Assembly (NCBI GenBank): GCA_030265395.1
Contig: JARFYF010000017.1
Span: 26,562,061-26,626,060 of the forward strand
Reading direction: 5' to 3'
Source: Rhina ancylostomus
Lineage: Eukaryota
Length of the DNA stretch: 64,000 nucleotides
The first letter of the stretch is position 1, and every line of letters starts with the position of its first letter. Shown piece after piece: positions 12,448 through 26,205 of the stretch. A program made the position numbers and the translations under genes. The notes beneath the pieces are model-generated. The model was given only the letters and a program-made list of their open reading frames with translations. It did no database searches and was not told the DNA's origin.

Positions 12448-13199
12448 GTGTATGCCAAATAGAAACAGAAAATGCTAGAAATACTTAGCATATCTGAAAC
12501 ATTTGTTGAGAGCGAAACAGAGTTAACACTTCGTCAATGATCTTTCATGCCACCCAATAGCGAAACAATTACCACACATTAACTAAATAGTTATTTGTTT
12601 AGCATTTGTTTCTTCAATTCTTCAATTGTATCAAGAAAGGAAAAGCTAGATGTGGATTGTAAGCCATTTTATTTACCACTAAGTACACATACAAAGAAAC
12701 CATCATGATCATCCAACTTAATTGCATGAGTGCAACTTTGTATCACAAACCGATACAAATTAACAAACTCACTACACTTCCCCACATTATTATTTACCTC
12801 ATTTGTCTTGCAATATTATCCTCATGTATATTACAACTTCTGAACCAGGACATGGCTTGTCCTTGCAGTTTTCTATTTGAAACCTAGCGGTCTTCAAAGA
12901 AATCACTGTCTCTCTCTTTGTTTTCATCTCCCTTGATCAAAATCTAAGAGCAAAAGGCACTTCCCCAAAGTCTTCCCAACATAATGAGTGTGGTGTTTGT
13001 CAATTTTCAAATCAAGGTAAGTAATTACTTAACATTTACAATCCATACAACAATAATATCAAAAATTATCTCATTAGTATTTATCCTCCCATCATATAAA
13101 CGTCTTGTAAAAAATTGAACCAATTTAAAAGTAACTTTCTGTTAGAAAATGTTGAAGCATGATTAGACATTATCAATGACATACATTATATGTTACACA

Positions 13200-13450
13200 A
13201 AACTGAGACTAGACATAAACTTTTTTATGCAGCAAATGATTAAGATCTGGAATATGCTACTGCCATGGGTAATAATTGAGGCACATTCAATTATAGCCTT
13301 CAAAAGCAGCTGAATAAGGATCTAAAATGATTTAAGTTTGCAGGGCTACGGGGAAGAGGTAGTAGAATGGGGCTGGATTGCTCTTACAGTCAGTCAACAG
13401 TCAATGGACTGAGTACCCTCCTTCCACATTGTAATCATTCTGTGGTTCTA
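13200..13450 (+). mobile_element. CR1-clade LINE 3' end (old)
   Basis: NFFMQQMIKIWN-like end of ORF2, then GCAGGGCTACGGGGAAG and the terminal ATTCTGTGGTTCTA repeat. Confidence 0.65.
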
Positions 13451-15433
13451 AGATATTAGAAGATTTCCCTCTTTCCACTGTGTGTAACAGAATCATAGAT
13501 CTATTTCTACGGTTTAGCTATACACAACAATGCACTTAGGAAATCTTCCACCACTGTTTTACACTGGGGGATTATTCCACTTCTCCAGACAGTCTTTTCA
13601 CATTTGTTCTTGCTCAAAATTCAGGAAGGAGGCAGCTTTCATTTCTTTATTTTTGTACCATCAGGCCACTGTCCTTTAACTTCCAATGGAATCACAAATC
13701 TGTGCATTTCCTTTTTTTAATGTTTGAAATGGCTCTCATTTTCGGCACCTGGCAGTGGTCTGTTCCATAAGCCCACATTGTTGTGTGAAGCATAATACTT
13801 TATATTAAATTATACTCACATCCTCGGTGAGTAATTATGTGCTTTGGTTGTCTGCCTCATACTTCTGTAATTCTACGCACCCATATGATTCCCTTTATGA
13901 TTATTCTGCTTATTACTTTCTTCCACCAAAATTGAATAGGGATGATCCAAATTAAAGATTCTGACAGATCATATTCATTTGGCTCAATTTGATCTTTTCT
14001 AATTACAAGCTGGACAGATAGGGAATGATTTTCAGACTTATTATGTGTGGAGGTGAATAAATGATATGTGAAGATTAATCATTATACACTTTTGTTTAGC
14101 TGATGTTTACCTCCTTACACAATTATTACAACACACTCAATGAAAAAGTATTTTCTGGCATTGAGATTAGAACTTTGTTGGTGGACTTAATATGAGTTGA
14201 ACTGAGCAGGTTATCTTATTGAACCAATGCCCTCTGCGGTGCATATTCTCCTGAGCCATTTTCCTAAAATGTTATGCATTACATACTTATGATTTATCAA
14301 TGAATATCAGCTGATAAACAGAAGTAATATCACTTGCCTTGTAAATGCAGACTCTAGAGTCCACACTGGCACAAGAATAGCCAAAGATAAGATGGAAGAA
14401 GGACTATTCTGAGAAAAGGGATCATCAGTGTAATTAATCTACTTTTGTCTCATAGACAAAGTATTGAAAAAGTTTGTATGCATCAAGCAACTCTGCAAAT
14501 AACCATTCAGTAATAAGGAACTAATATCTTCCACTTTCTGAGCTTTAACATAACATGCCACCTTACAAATATATGTATAACACATAATTGATACTCCATT
14601 TAAAATATTGCACAATGCAATTTTGTAAAATGGTTTACAGATTCTCAATTGCAATACTGAAACAGTTAGTTGGTCTATTAATCATTTTAAAGTATTCCAA
14701 ATGTTTTTTTTTAAGGCAGCATATTCCAAATCACCATTGAAAAACTATCCATAAATTCCAGAAAGGTAGTTACACTGAATGTAGGAAATGGCAACTAGCT
14801 CCACAATCTAGAGAATGCCTTAATATTCTGCAAAAGAATTGTGTAAGAATACTTAGANNNNNNNNNNCAAAGATTGCTCCAAATTATTTAAATAGAAGGT
14901 GCATTGAAGGATTTTCCAAGCAAACATGTTGGTATTTTTAACAGGATGTTATAACCAGATGATGCTCATTACAATAGTATGCACATATCCTTTTGATATA
15001 TGTACACACACATGTATGCCAATACATTAATACCAATTAATTATTTCTTAAGTTAAGGCATTTGAATTCTTTAGTCTAAATGAAAAGGATATGAATTTTT
15101 GATATACTTTTTCTTATGACTTCAAACTTGCTTAACAGGCATTCTGACTTACAATGAATATTTGTAACACAGATACCTGAAAACATGGAAATGCAGCAAA
15201 TGATTCGTTGTACTATAAAAATCTGTCTCAATCGATTAGATGTGATCCAGGCATGCTATTGTATAGTTAGTAACCCATGAAGATATTCAAATTATTTTGC
15301 TTTCGTAACAAAGGAGGGTAAACTGTGTGGATTGGGATTTGTCTTACTGGATGACACAAGGCAAATTTCCAATCCTAGCTGTGTTGTTAAGGGGAGGAAT
15401 GTTAGGACTATGGAGAAAGTGAAAAAATAATAC

Positions 15434-15583
15434 AATCATCATTGCCACCAGGGTTGATTATAAAAAATTATGCACATCAACTAATCATCTTGACAATAGA
15501 TTCCAACCAATAAGACCTTACTAAGAAAAAAGAGTATTACAGTTATCCTCAGCACTAACTCATGCCACATACAATGGATTAAT
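15434..15583 (+). repeat. Direct repeat, copy 2 (partner at 12285..12447)
   Basis: Same blocks as copy 1, with substitutions and small indels. Confidence 0.9.
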
Positions 15584-15609
15584 AAGTAGGTTTCTCTGTA
15601 CATGGTAAC

Positions 15610-15905
15610 AAAGAAAATGGTAGCTGGGGTAGGCTGTTTGGCCCTTTGAGCCTACTTCACCATTCAATGCAATCATGGCTGATCGTCTATCTCATTACCA
15701 TTTTCACACTCCCTCCCCATACCCTTGATATCTTTTGAGTCTAGAAAGCTGTCTTAAATATTTGCAGTGACTTGGTCTCCAATGCTTCCTGTGGCAGAGA
15801 ATTCCACAGGCTCACCATCCTCAGAGTGAATAAATTTGTCCTCATTTTGGTGCAAAATGTCTTAACCAATCTCCTGAGACTGTGATTTTTTAGAGTAATT
15901 CCTGC
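15610..15905 (-). mobile_element. CR1-clade LINE 3' end
   Basis: Minus ORF 15741..15926 contains MRTNLFTLRMVSLWNSLPQEA (CR1 C-terminal RxNFFxxRVVxxWNxLP), followed by a CR1 3' UTR. Confidence 0.8.
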
Positions 15906-18892
15906 ATCCAGCTTTAAAACTAACACCCTTCAAACATTCTGCTAGGTTCCTTCCTCACATGACCATGACATGACTACCGTATTTCNNNNNNNNNNNNNNN
16001 NNNNNNNNNNNNNNNNNNNNNNNNNNNNNNNNNNNNNNNNNNNNNNNNNNNNNNNNNNNNNNNNNNNNNNNNNNNNNNNNNNNNNNNNNNNNNNNNNNNN
16101 NNNNNNNNNNNNNNNNNNNNTAATTGAACATTTGTTCAGGTTCAAAAGTGCTTTTGATTCAGTGTTCCTTGTATTGAATGCAATGCTTGAAGAATAAGCA
16201 GAGTGTTCATATGACAAATATATTACAACCCCCAAAATGCCCTCTGGGTATACCATATCCAGGTTCAAAGTATACTGGGAATACAGCTATCAGGTCTGAG
16301 CAAGATTTCTGCCCCTTCCTAATGAAGTGGAAAAATGTATAGAGGTTAAATCCTACTGAATAGCACATATTTCATAGGCCATATTATATAAGATGCCTTA
16401 ATGCAACTGCTAATTTTCCTAATAATATCACTGTCATCGCACATAAAACTCTTATATACTGAGACAACTGGGGCATGCAATAGTGACATCAATTGGTGAC
16501 ATATTCATTGACATTTGTGCAACTTTGAAGTATGCATGCATACTTAAACAAACTGTGAGCCTTGACTGCTAGTCCAGGCCTCAACTGGAAGAAGAAAGCT
16601 TATGTGTTGCATTCTTGAAGCAAATTAATGTATGAGGTATCAGTCCTGGAAGGTTGATCTTAATTTCCTGCATGATATTTTATTGATGGAACAAAACATT
16701 TTTCCAAGGATCTCTTTCGCCACATTTTGGTAAGCGTACTGGATGCCAGGGAATTCTGAGGGGGAGCCATAAGGGAGGAAACAATAGCTTTTGACACTGA
16801 TTAACCGCCAAGAAACCAGAGAACTTCTTGACCAAGATACTGACAGTTTATTTTCAGTAGCAACTAGGACATTGCCTTCCCTGAAATCTCGTCAGGTTCA
16901 AAAATACTTTCCTTGTAATTGGATGCGATTATTGAAGAAAAATAAGCAGAAAGAGAGAAAATAAGAGAGAGAATGTCCCGTGGGTCCCATGACACCCATC
17001 ATGGAATCTTCGGCAATTGAACCAATGTTTAAGGAAGGCATTTAACTACCCTTGGGATAAAGGGTGTTGGGAGGGCACTCCTTACCATAGATGGTCACCT
17101 GCAGGTCAGGGACACATGGTGACTGCTCCCAACTCCAATCCACCACTTTATTTGATGAGGCAATTCTTGCTACTAACAGAACACACTTTTAAATTGTGCT
17201 TCTCATGCAACTTTGGAAATCATGAAGATTACTATATATAAATGAGCAGGGGTCAAACATTCCAATACACAGTGCTTTGTATGCTATGTACATAAGTCAT
17301 GCACCTTATTATAAATTTTAAAGAATACTAAAAATATACTTCCAAATAATATATGTATTGATTTCAATGTAGTTGACTGGATGGGGGTGAGTGTAGTCTG
17401 TGACTGATAATCTTGTATATGTTTAGCAATTGGTGGTCAAGAAGAAATTTTTACCTCCTAATCTCAAGGCTGTAAAAGTTTCCAACATACAATAGGATTT
17501 ATGTTGAAGGAACGTAGAAATTGGCCATTTTGTGGGGGAGGATTGAAATGAGAGATTTTCTTATTAAAACAAACATTATTTGAAGTTTTGAAAGTTCTAT
17601 TGGGCCTCACTCTTAGGATATTGCTAACAATGCACACTTAGCAACTTTTTGGATTTGACCTCATTGTTAAAGAGACCAAATGCTTGAAAATTGTTTGAAG
17701 AAACAGAAAATGTTGGACAGGACAGGTATTTGATATTGAGTCTGGAAGGCTGCACAAAATCACTGCTGTAGCTTGAATCTGTGGCAAAAGAATCTCAAGA
17801 GTCAGCTAAATGCAAGTGTTCCCAGCTCAAAACATATATTTGGCTCTTAACCAATATAAATGAGAAGCTTAGCACTTGCTTTAAGACCCTCACCACACTT
17901 CCCACTACCCAATGGGCTTCCCTGAATAGATGGGTTATCAGGCTTTTGTTGTCATGGATATGGTCCAAGAAGCAATCAAGTCCACAAGGGAGAACACATT
18001 TAACTGAAACAGTAGCGCTGTTGGCCATTGATGCCACCTTCAGCCTCTTTCCTGTTGATTTCACCATTGCCAGCAAAGCACAATGTGTACACCTCAATTC
18101 TCTCATAGACTACACTCTCTGAGGTGGTGTCACGGGTGCACACACCCTCTCTACAGCACAGGAATGGATAGCTGAAGGAGAAGAATGCTGTGGGAGCAGG
18201 TGACTGAATGGGAGGAAGCTGGATGGTGGCAGTAGAGTGATAAGTGAAAGGAAGAATGTGTGAAGGGGAGGGAGTTGATCAGCTGGAGTGAAGGGAGGTG
18301 AGTATGAAGAAGGAAGATGAGAGAGAACATGAAGGGGAGGATGCTGATAGGAAGGGAACTGTGAGGAAGCATTGATGCTAAATGTGTGTGTGAAGGGGGA
18401 GGAAGCTAAGAGGGAAGGGGGTTAATAGAACAATACAGCACAGGAACAGGTCCTTCAGCCNNNNNNNNNNNNNNNNNNNNNNNNNNNNNNNNNNNNNNNN
18501 NNNNNNNNNNNNNNNNNNNNNNNNNNNNNNNNNNNNNNNNNNNNNNNNNNNNNNNNNNNNNNNNNNNNNNNNNNNNNNNNNNNNNNNNNNNNNNNNNNNN
18601 NNNNNNNNNNNNNNNNNNNNNNNNNNNNNNNNNNNNNNNNNNNNNNNNNNNNNNNNNNNNNNNNNNNNNNNNNNNNNNNNNNNNNNNNNNNNNNNNNNNN
18701 NNNNNNNNNNNNNNNNNNNNNNNNNNNNNNNNNNNNNNNNNNNNNNNNNNNNNNNNNCCTAAGAAGAGACAGTCCATGAAGAAGCTCATGGAATTGACAT
18801 TGACTCTCCCTGCAAAGGCATTTTAATGCATGTCTCCAAGTGCAGAATAACTTCTAGGCCAATATATAATATATATGTGTGTGTGTATATAT

Positions 18893-19686
18893 ATGGAATG
18901 TGGGAGAAAACCAGAGCACCCGGAGGAAACCCATGCAGTCACAGGGAGAATGTACAAACTCCTTACAGACAGCAGCAGGAATTGAACCCTAATGCTGGTG
19001 CTGTAATCNNNNNNNNNNNNNNNNNNNNNNNNNNNNNNNNNNNNNNNNNNNNNNNNNNNNNNNNNNNNNNNNNNNNNNNNNNNNNNNNNNNNNNNNNNNN
19101 NNNNNNNNNNNNNNNNNNNNNNNNNNNNNNNNNNNNNNNNNNNNNNNNNNNNNNNNNNNNNNNNNNNNNNNNNNNNNNNNNNNNNNNNNNNNNNNNNNNN
19201 NNNNNNNNNNNNNNNNNNNNNNNNNNNNNNNNNNNNNNNNNNNNNNNNNNNNNNNNNNNNNNNNNNNNNNNNNNNNNNNNNNNNNNNNNNNNNNNNNNNN
19301 NNNNNNNNNNNNNNNNNNNNNNNNNNNNNNNNNNNNNNNNNNNNNNNNNNNNNNNNNNNNNNNNNNNNNNNNNNNNNNNNNNNNNNNNNNNNNNNNNNNN
19401 NNNNNNNNNNNNNNNNNNNNNNNNNNNNNNNNNNNNNNNNNNNNNNNNNNNNNNNNNNNNNNNNNNNNNNNNNNNNNNNNNNNNNNNNNNNNNNNNNNNN
19501 NNNNNNNNNNNNNNNNNNNNNNNNNNNNNNNNNNNNNNNNNNNNNNNNNNNNNNNNNNNNNNNNNNNNNNNNNNNNNNNNNNNNNNNNNNNNNNNNNNNN
19601 NNNNNNNNACTCCTTACAGACAGCAGCAGGAATTGAACCCTAATGCTGGTGCTGTAATCGCAATATGCTGACCACTATGCTACTGT
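18893..19686 (-). mobile_element. V-SINE 5' half, split by an N gap
   Basis: GGAATGTGGGAGAAAACCAGAGCACCCGGAGGAAACCCATGCAGTCACAGGGAGAATGTACAAACTCC...GGAATTGAACCC is the reverse V-SINE core and head. Confidence 0.8.
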
Positions 19687-19834
19687 GTATGTATGTATAT
19701 ATAAAAGTATACACAGTATAAACACAGTATACACAGTATAAAATTGATAAAATTGTCCATTAAATCATCATATCCTTTAAGTGCCATTTCCATGATTAGG
19801 CAGGAAGCTGTCATGACCTGGAATAAGATTGGTT

Positions 19835-19975
19835 GAGATAAAAACATGGATGCTGGAATTTGGACCGATATTCAGTCCTGATATGCAGGGTTTTGATCCA
19901 AAATGCAAATAATTCCTTCCCCCCGCAGATGCTGCTTGACCCACTGAGTTCTTCCAGCAGATTGTTTGTTGCTTG
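19835..19975. mobile_element. Short Penelope-associated terminal repeat (quasi-palindromic)
   Basis: GATGCTGGAA...CAGATGCTGCTTGACCCACTGAGTTCTTCCAGCA; related copies at ~12460-12548 and 56055-56445. Confidence 0.5.
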
Positions 19976-20499
19976 AGATAAAGTCAGTTCTAAATCTATT
20001 AATCTGGAAACACACCAGTGCAACTTCATGTAAATTTTAAGTTATATTACGCTTTCTAATTTTATCATCTCAATCATGAATTCATACTTCGTGACTCCAC
20101 AGGCATAAACTGACTAGCTTTCAGGTCCTGATCCAAGCATTCATATCTGAGCCTAGACAGCAAACATCATCCTAGCGAATGTCAGCACAGCTGAAGTCAT
20201 TCCAGTTCTGGTCTGACCTTGCTCTCTGCACAATTTACTAGAGAACAGTCTTGTTCAGGAACCCAGTACACTAAATTTGATAGCCCCCAGAAACAACAGG
20301 GATTGCATGGGATATAACCTGTACCCATTCAGTGTAATGGAGGCACTAAGCTGACTTAGTGTTGCTAGTTATAATGATTGAAATCATCCAGTCAAGGCTA
20401 CTCATGCTGTTGCTTGACTGGTCACACCAGCAAGTGGACAATACCATGAATGGTCAGCACCAGTCAAAGTCAGACTTTACTACTTAAAGCCACCCTTCA

Positions 20500-21100
20500 C
20501 CTTCTGAAAGAATGGCCACCGCAGGTGCTGGTGAGTACTCTACAAATGAAGCTGACCCAGCAGAAAGTGAGCAATGGCACAACTTGGGAGATTACTGTAT
20601 CCACAGTTTATGGGCAATGCACTGGAGGAAATGGAAAGTGAAAGAAGTTTCTTGAATCTTGCCCCTCAGAAGACACTGTGAGCAACATCAAAGCCCTGAC
20701 CAGCTGGCTGCAGTGCTGTAAGAAGTCCAATAACCTCACGTGAGTGGTCAGTGACAGAAAGTTTCATACTAACATTGCACCAGCTGCACCACTAGCCTCA
20801 TCCATAGCCCCATCACTCACATACTGGCAATAGCTGTCACTCAGGATTCATACTTCTCTTCTATCTACTCCACTGCACTTTCATGTGTTTAGTACTAGTG
20901 CCAGGCTTGCACTGATATTACACAACATTCACACACTGCATGACAATTCAACCAACCTCATTGCATAACACTCACTCTTCTTGCAGAAGTGACTCACAGT
21001 ACAATGCAGTAGTTACTAATTGGGAGAAGACAAGCTTGCCCACATATCCTAATGCCCACATAGTGGTCAATGTTGGCATAAGAGCTACTGAGATCAGGCA
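20500..21100 (+). mobile_element. Decayed PIF/Harbinger-type element: Myb/SANT-like DNA-binding gene relic
   Basis: 20681..20749 translates SNIKALTSWLQCCKKSNNLT*VV, resembling RTWxQCRKKFNDLTRVV with CpG-decayed Arg codons. Outer boundaries are uncertain. Confidence 0.5.
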
Positions 21101-21713
21101 GTGCTTCAGGCTGAAGACCTGAAAGATTTAATGCAGGGGCACTGACCTGGAACTGCTTCCCTCTTCACCAATGCTGCTATACAGCACTTATGAAATTGAG
21201 GTTTACAACATGCAACAAAACTCCATACATTTTGACACCCCAATCACTCTGCCTAGTAGCTCCTCCAGAACTGTCCAGGCAAATACATCATTGCTTCTGG
21301 AATCCATTTTGGGTTCCAATATAAGACACAGTTGGCAAATGACAATTGGGAAATACTGTGTATGGAGTCAATGGCATGCTGGACTATGGCAATACCTTTA
21401 AGTTCTCTGGGCCCATTGACTTTGGCAAGGGAGAATTCAATGTGCTGTAGCAGTGACCGCTCTGTTGCAAAGTAATATGGAAAACTACAAGGTGCTGTCA
21501 ATAACTTCAAATCCAACCTGCTGTCTGGGATCTCATTGACAGCTATCCTCCTCACTGAGCAACCTGTCCTGGACTGTCAAGCTTTTGATCATTTTCCTGG
21601 TCCTGCTGGATTCCAAGATAAGTACCTACCAATAGTTCCAAATCTGAGAGAATTTGGTGTATGCGGAAGCCTCGGCAGCAAAAAGTTTTTCAGCAGATTT
21701 TTCTCAAGTTCCT

Positions 21714-21900
21714 AAGTCAAGTTGAGTTTATTGTCATATACACAAGTACACGTATGCACAGGTGTAATGAAAACTTACTTGCAGCATCATCACAGGCACA
21801 TATCATTAGAGACACAGTGTTCAAAAGAAAAACATAAATTAAATATTAACTATACAAAAATTGTATGAGAAAGCATACAATTAGAACCAAAAAAAAACTT
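21714..21900 (-). mobile_element. 3' end of a non-LTR retroposon (Rex1/Babar-like tail)
   Basis: AAGTCAAGTTGAGTTTATTGTCATATACACAAGTAC...AACTTACTTGCAGCATCATCACAGGC reads on minus as AATAAA followed by a short CTTGA-type tandem tail. Family assignment is from recall. Confidence 0.5.
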
Positions 21901-24900
21901 GTAGAATTGTAGCAATTGACAGAAGATATAAACCAGCCAGTGAACTGTAAATAATGGTTGGTCCAATTCAATAATACTCATCTATCCTACTGCTGAATAC
22001 CTGTTCAGTTCAGCATGTTTACGCCAGGATGTTAACAGAGTGTTGAGCTTCAAAGTGACAGTGCCGGTAACAACTCAGCATTGTTTGCGATTTGATGTCA
22101 CAAACAGCCTCTACCATACGGACCAGTGAGGTGTTCAGAATCACTGCCCTTACTTTCACCAAAACATTTTCCTCTATATCTCATGCCATTTTGATATCCG
22201 CATAGCAACCAAAGTGCTCAAACAAGGGTTACTACCAGTCTGAGTTTTGAGTGTCTATATTTCCAGGACACTGGGACCAATTCTCATACTGCAAACACAG
22301 CTGATATCAGCTATCTCTGCACTTGCCAGGTCATATCTGGAATATAACAGTCTTAGTCCCGAGAAGACTGTGAATTCCCTTCTAAACCATTTGGTGAGCT
22401 ATAAAATTCAAGTGTTTGTCAGAAATGGTGAGTTTTAACTGCGAACAGCTGAATCCATTGTTAATAGAATTTTATCTCAGTATACTTTTCAGTCTAGTTG
22501 AACATCAGGAGTTTTAAACAATTTTACTGAGTATACTGGATCCCTGTTGATTCCTATCGCTAAATCTAATGCAGTACAAAGATAAACTGTTCATTATGTC
22601 ATGCAGATTTATTCCTGAGCTGGACAATGTTGAAATATAGCAAAAGGATGTACTTGCAGATATTTCATATGTGTTCTTCTCACAAAGATATGACTGGAGT
22701 TGACATTTAGTAATACAGTGGATACATAATTGTAATTTACATTTATGCTTTCATGTTGATTCATTAGGAAAATAATACTGTCTTTGTCTTTATCAGTTAT
22801 TCTGATGTAAAATGCCTACAGATAAGATATGCAAAGTATTTTTTTACAAATTAGGTAAGACATTTTTGCTACACATCATTGTCTACCAATATATATGATA
22901 AGGTGTCATCTAATACTTACTTTAGGTGATTTGATCCTGCATAAATATTTACACAGAGCCATATCACGGTACTTTACAAACTGCTTCTGCATACTAGGTT
23001 CATAGCACTAGGTCATGGAATAGTCAAAACTATTGTATCCTTGAGGCCAACAAAATGATAGTGAATCTGCACAGTTAGACAAAAAAACAGCCTTTTGCCA
23101 TTTACCAACCATCCAAACAAAAACATAACTCTTGACAGTACGAATGCATTCATTCTAACTAAACTTCAATTTCAAACATGTACTAACAATGACCATGGAA
23201 AGATATGTAAAGGAAAACTATGTAAACCCAATCTTGATAATTTGGATCCTTGCAGCATGATCCCTTTATCGTATCCCATTCCTCTGAAGAAGCCATATGG
23301 ACTTGGACCAATCAGCAACAACGCTCAACAGTTTACCACCAGTGTCATAAAGACCTGTAGGTATGTTATAAAATGGTTGCTTTTGCAGTTCACTCAAACA
23401 TCTACACTGACTGTTGCTGCAGACATGGAAACACCAGTACAATTAATGCCACTGTGGGTACCCAGCATCGCAACAATTTTATAAAGGTTTTGCATTATTC
23501 TGATGTAATATGTCTCATCAGCAGGGAATTTAGTAATTTGCAATGCTCTTCTGCGATGTATCAAATACCACTACTGTCAGGCAACTAAATGATTGCAGCC
23601 TAAAACTAGTAATGTCACCTACCTGGAAATGGAATGACCCTGAAGCAAAAGGGAAACACAACAGCAGCCAATATTTGAATTTTTAAGGGCAGTCTACCAT
23701 TCTGTCTGTACTCTGAAACATAGTGTTCTTTAAGGTGTCCAAACGGTAATCAATTGTAGCACCTAAGAGAAGAAAATGGAGTTTTTTTCATATGAAGCAG
23801 TCATCACAAAAATAATATTCTTTTTCCCTGTCATTTCTACAATATTTAGCTCACAACATCCTCCAGTAAAATGCAAAAACAAAATAATGAATTACTTCAA
23901 GTACATACTTAACATCACATTTGTCCAGGATGGTTTATATGCATACATCATGGTTCTAATTTGAATTGACATAAGGCAATAATTCTGATAATTTATTTCA
24001 CACATCAGTTTGAAAAATTGGTATTAAATATGTATTGAAAAGAAACAATCAACTGACACGATACTTGGTAAAAAACTCTTCCAAAAATGCCAGAGGTTTT
24101 CACTTTCAGTAAACTGTAGAGAGCAACAAAATAATGTAATTCAGTGCAGCCAATCTCTCGAACTGGAGATGTGAATCATTTCAAATTAATAATGTCTACT
24201 TAATCATATTGCTTGAAATACAACACAATGATTGACTGAAAACTAAAATATCAAATTTGGTTAATGCAGTTAGTTTTGAAGAGGTGCACTTTTGGAGACC
24301 CTAGCAGTATGTGTTGTGATCAAACTAGCACTCCCAGTGCTTTTTCAACATTCTCCACTGTAACCCTGATTCTGGAAATGAAAGAAACTAACTACTCTCT
24401 CATATCTCAAGGAATTATCTGCATCACACTACCACCATAACTTTACAAACACATTAAGAATAAAAATTATGACCACATGCTAGAAGTGCCATATGAATTT
24501 GTTGAAGAACAAAACACAAGCATCCACTCTCTTAATTTGCTATCAAGTTTCTAATAGACAAAAAACATCAATTTTAGCTAAGCATATTTATGTCATTTGT
24601 CCAAATACAAGAAATGATGCAAACTTTCATAGTTAGACTATATTTCATATGTTTGACATTAAAATATCTATAACTCATATATTCTAGTGTTCTCATGCTA
24701 TGCCTATCAATTACCAATGAACATAAAGCTGCTCCATTCTTTGTAAGACCCACAGTTACATCAATCACAAAACAAGGACAATCTATCATCCAACTAAGCA
24801 CATTTTGAACATAATTCATTAATTCAGCTTTTAATATTCATACAGCAGCAATATTGGATCTAAATGCCTGAGAATAAAAATGTGTAATTGTTATTAACTG

Positions 24901-26019
24901 CAATAACATAACAGTACTTTTAATCCAATAACCTTTACAATGATAATTTGACTTTGGCAAAATTAGTTGGATTAATGAAGAATGATTATTGGTTTCCAGA
25001 CTGTTCAGACATTCCTTAGCATACTGAAGAGTACATTGATGTAACTTGTAGGAAAGCACTTATTACACTAAAATATTGACCACAAAACTAACTTTGCAAA
25101 GCAAAAATAAATAAGTTAGTTGGACTTGGATTGTGTGTTGCTTGCATCTGAAAATAATTCAAATTTATTCAATGTAACAAACAAATATCTTTGCATTTGT
25201 TTATTTGTAGCTTTAGCAGAATTATTGATTGTCTTATTAATACTAATATTATTTTTAGTTTGACAAATGATTACCAAATTTGCATTTATAAGGACTCTCT
25301 TCCAGGGTAAAAATTGATCATGTTGTACTTGTTTTTAAAATATTTTGAAGGAGAAGCAAGAAGTAGTTAAACTTTATGTTTTCAGGGATGGGGTGTGGAT
25401 GGAGCAGAGTTTTTTTTATGGCTTGGGACAACTATATTATTTCTAAAATGTTGTTATCGATGCTGTTTAACAGTCAGCATCATCTCGCAACAAAACTTTC
25501 CAATAAGCAATCTTCCTTTCAATGCAGAATGTTAAGCATTATGAGGTGCTATTTGATGAAAATGACCCGGGTTTGGTGTCATTACAGATACCTGATCTTT
25601 GCTACTAACCAGGAGACTAAAATACATGAAGCCAGGTCATAAATGCCAGTGTGAAATTTCCTAAACCTCCCCACAAAATGTTCCCTCACTGTCTTTGCGA
25701 TGTTGCATGTTAGAGTAAGATTTTTTTGTGACTTTAGAGTACAATTTATTTACTTTGAAGATAAATACTACATGACAGGTGTTTGTGGAATTGTAAAAAC
25801 AGGTAAGTAGAAAGTAAGTTTGTAAACAATTTTCCTCTTACTGTTGATAAATTCTCACTGGAATGAGAAAATAGTGTCATACTAATACCCTTCTTCTGCC
25901 CAATGTGTATAATGATGGTGTTGATTTCATCTAGACTTAAAGATTACATGTAAAATGAGCATGAACTGTGGTCCAGGCATATCTCCAAGTAAAGTAAATG
26001 TCTATGCTACGGGATGCTT

Positions 26020-26205
26020 CTGAGCTTATTTCCTAAATTATGCTGCCTCTCCACTTATCCCTCTTTTCTTCAATTGTACATTTTTGATTAAGCTTTTGGT
26101 CACCTGTCCTCATGTCAATTTTTGGTCTAACTGCATTTTAGCAAAGCAACACGAGACATTTCATATCCTATCCACAAAGACAGTATGTAAATGCAAACTG
26201 TTGTA
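26020..26205 (+). mobile_element. Ancient L2/DeuSINE-type 3' tail
   Basis: TTTGATTAAGCTTTTGGTCACCTGTCCT...TATGTAAATGCAAACTGTTGT terminal pattern. Confidence 0.45.

Noticed and set aside
17781-18420. Overlapping ~100-aa ORFs and a purine-rich tract
   Set aside because: No recognisable domain or splice structure; low-complexity or decayed repeat.
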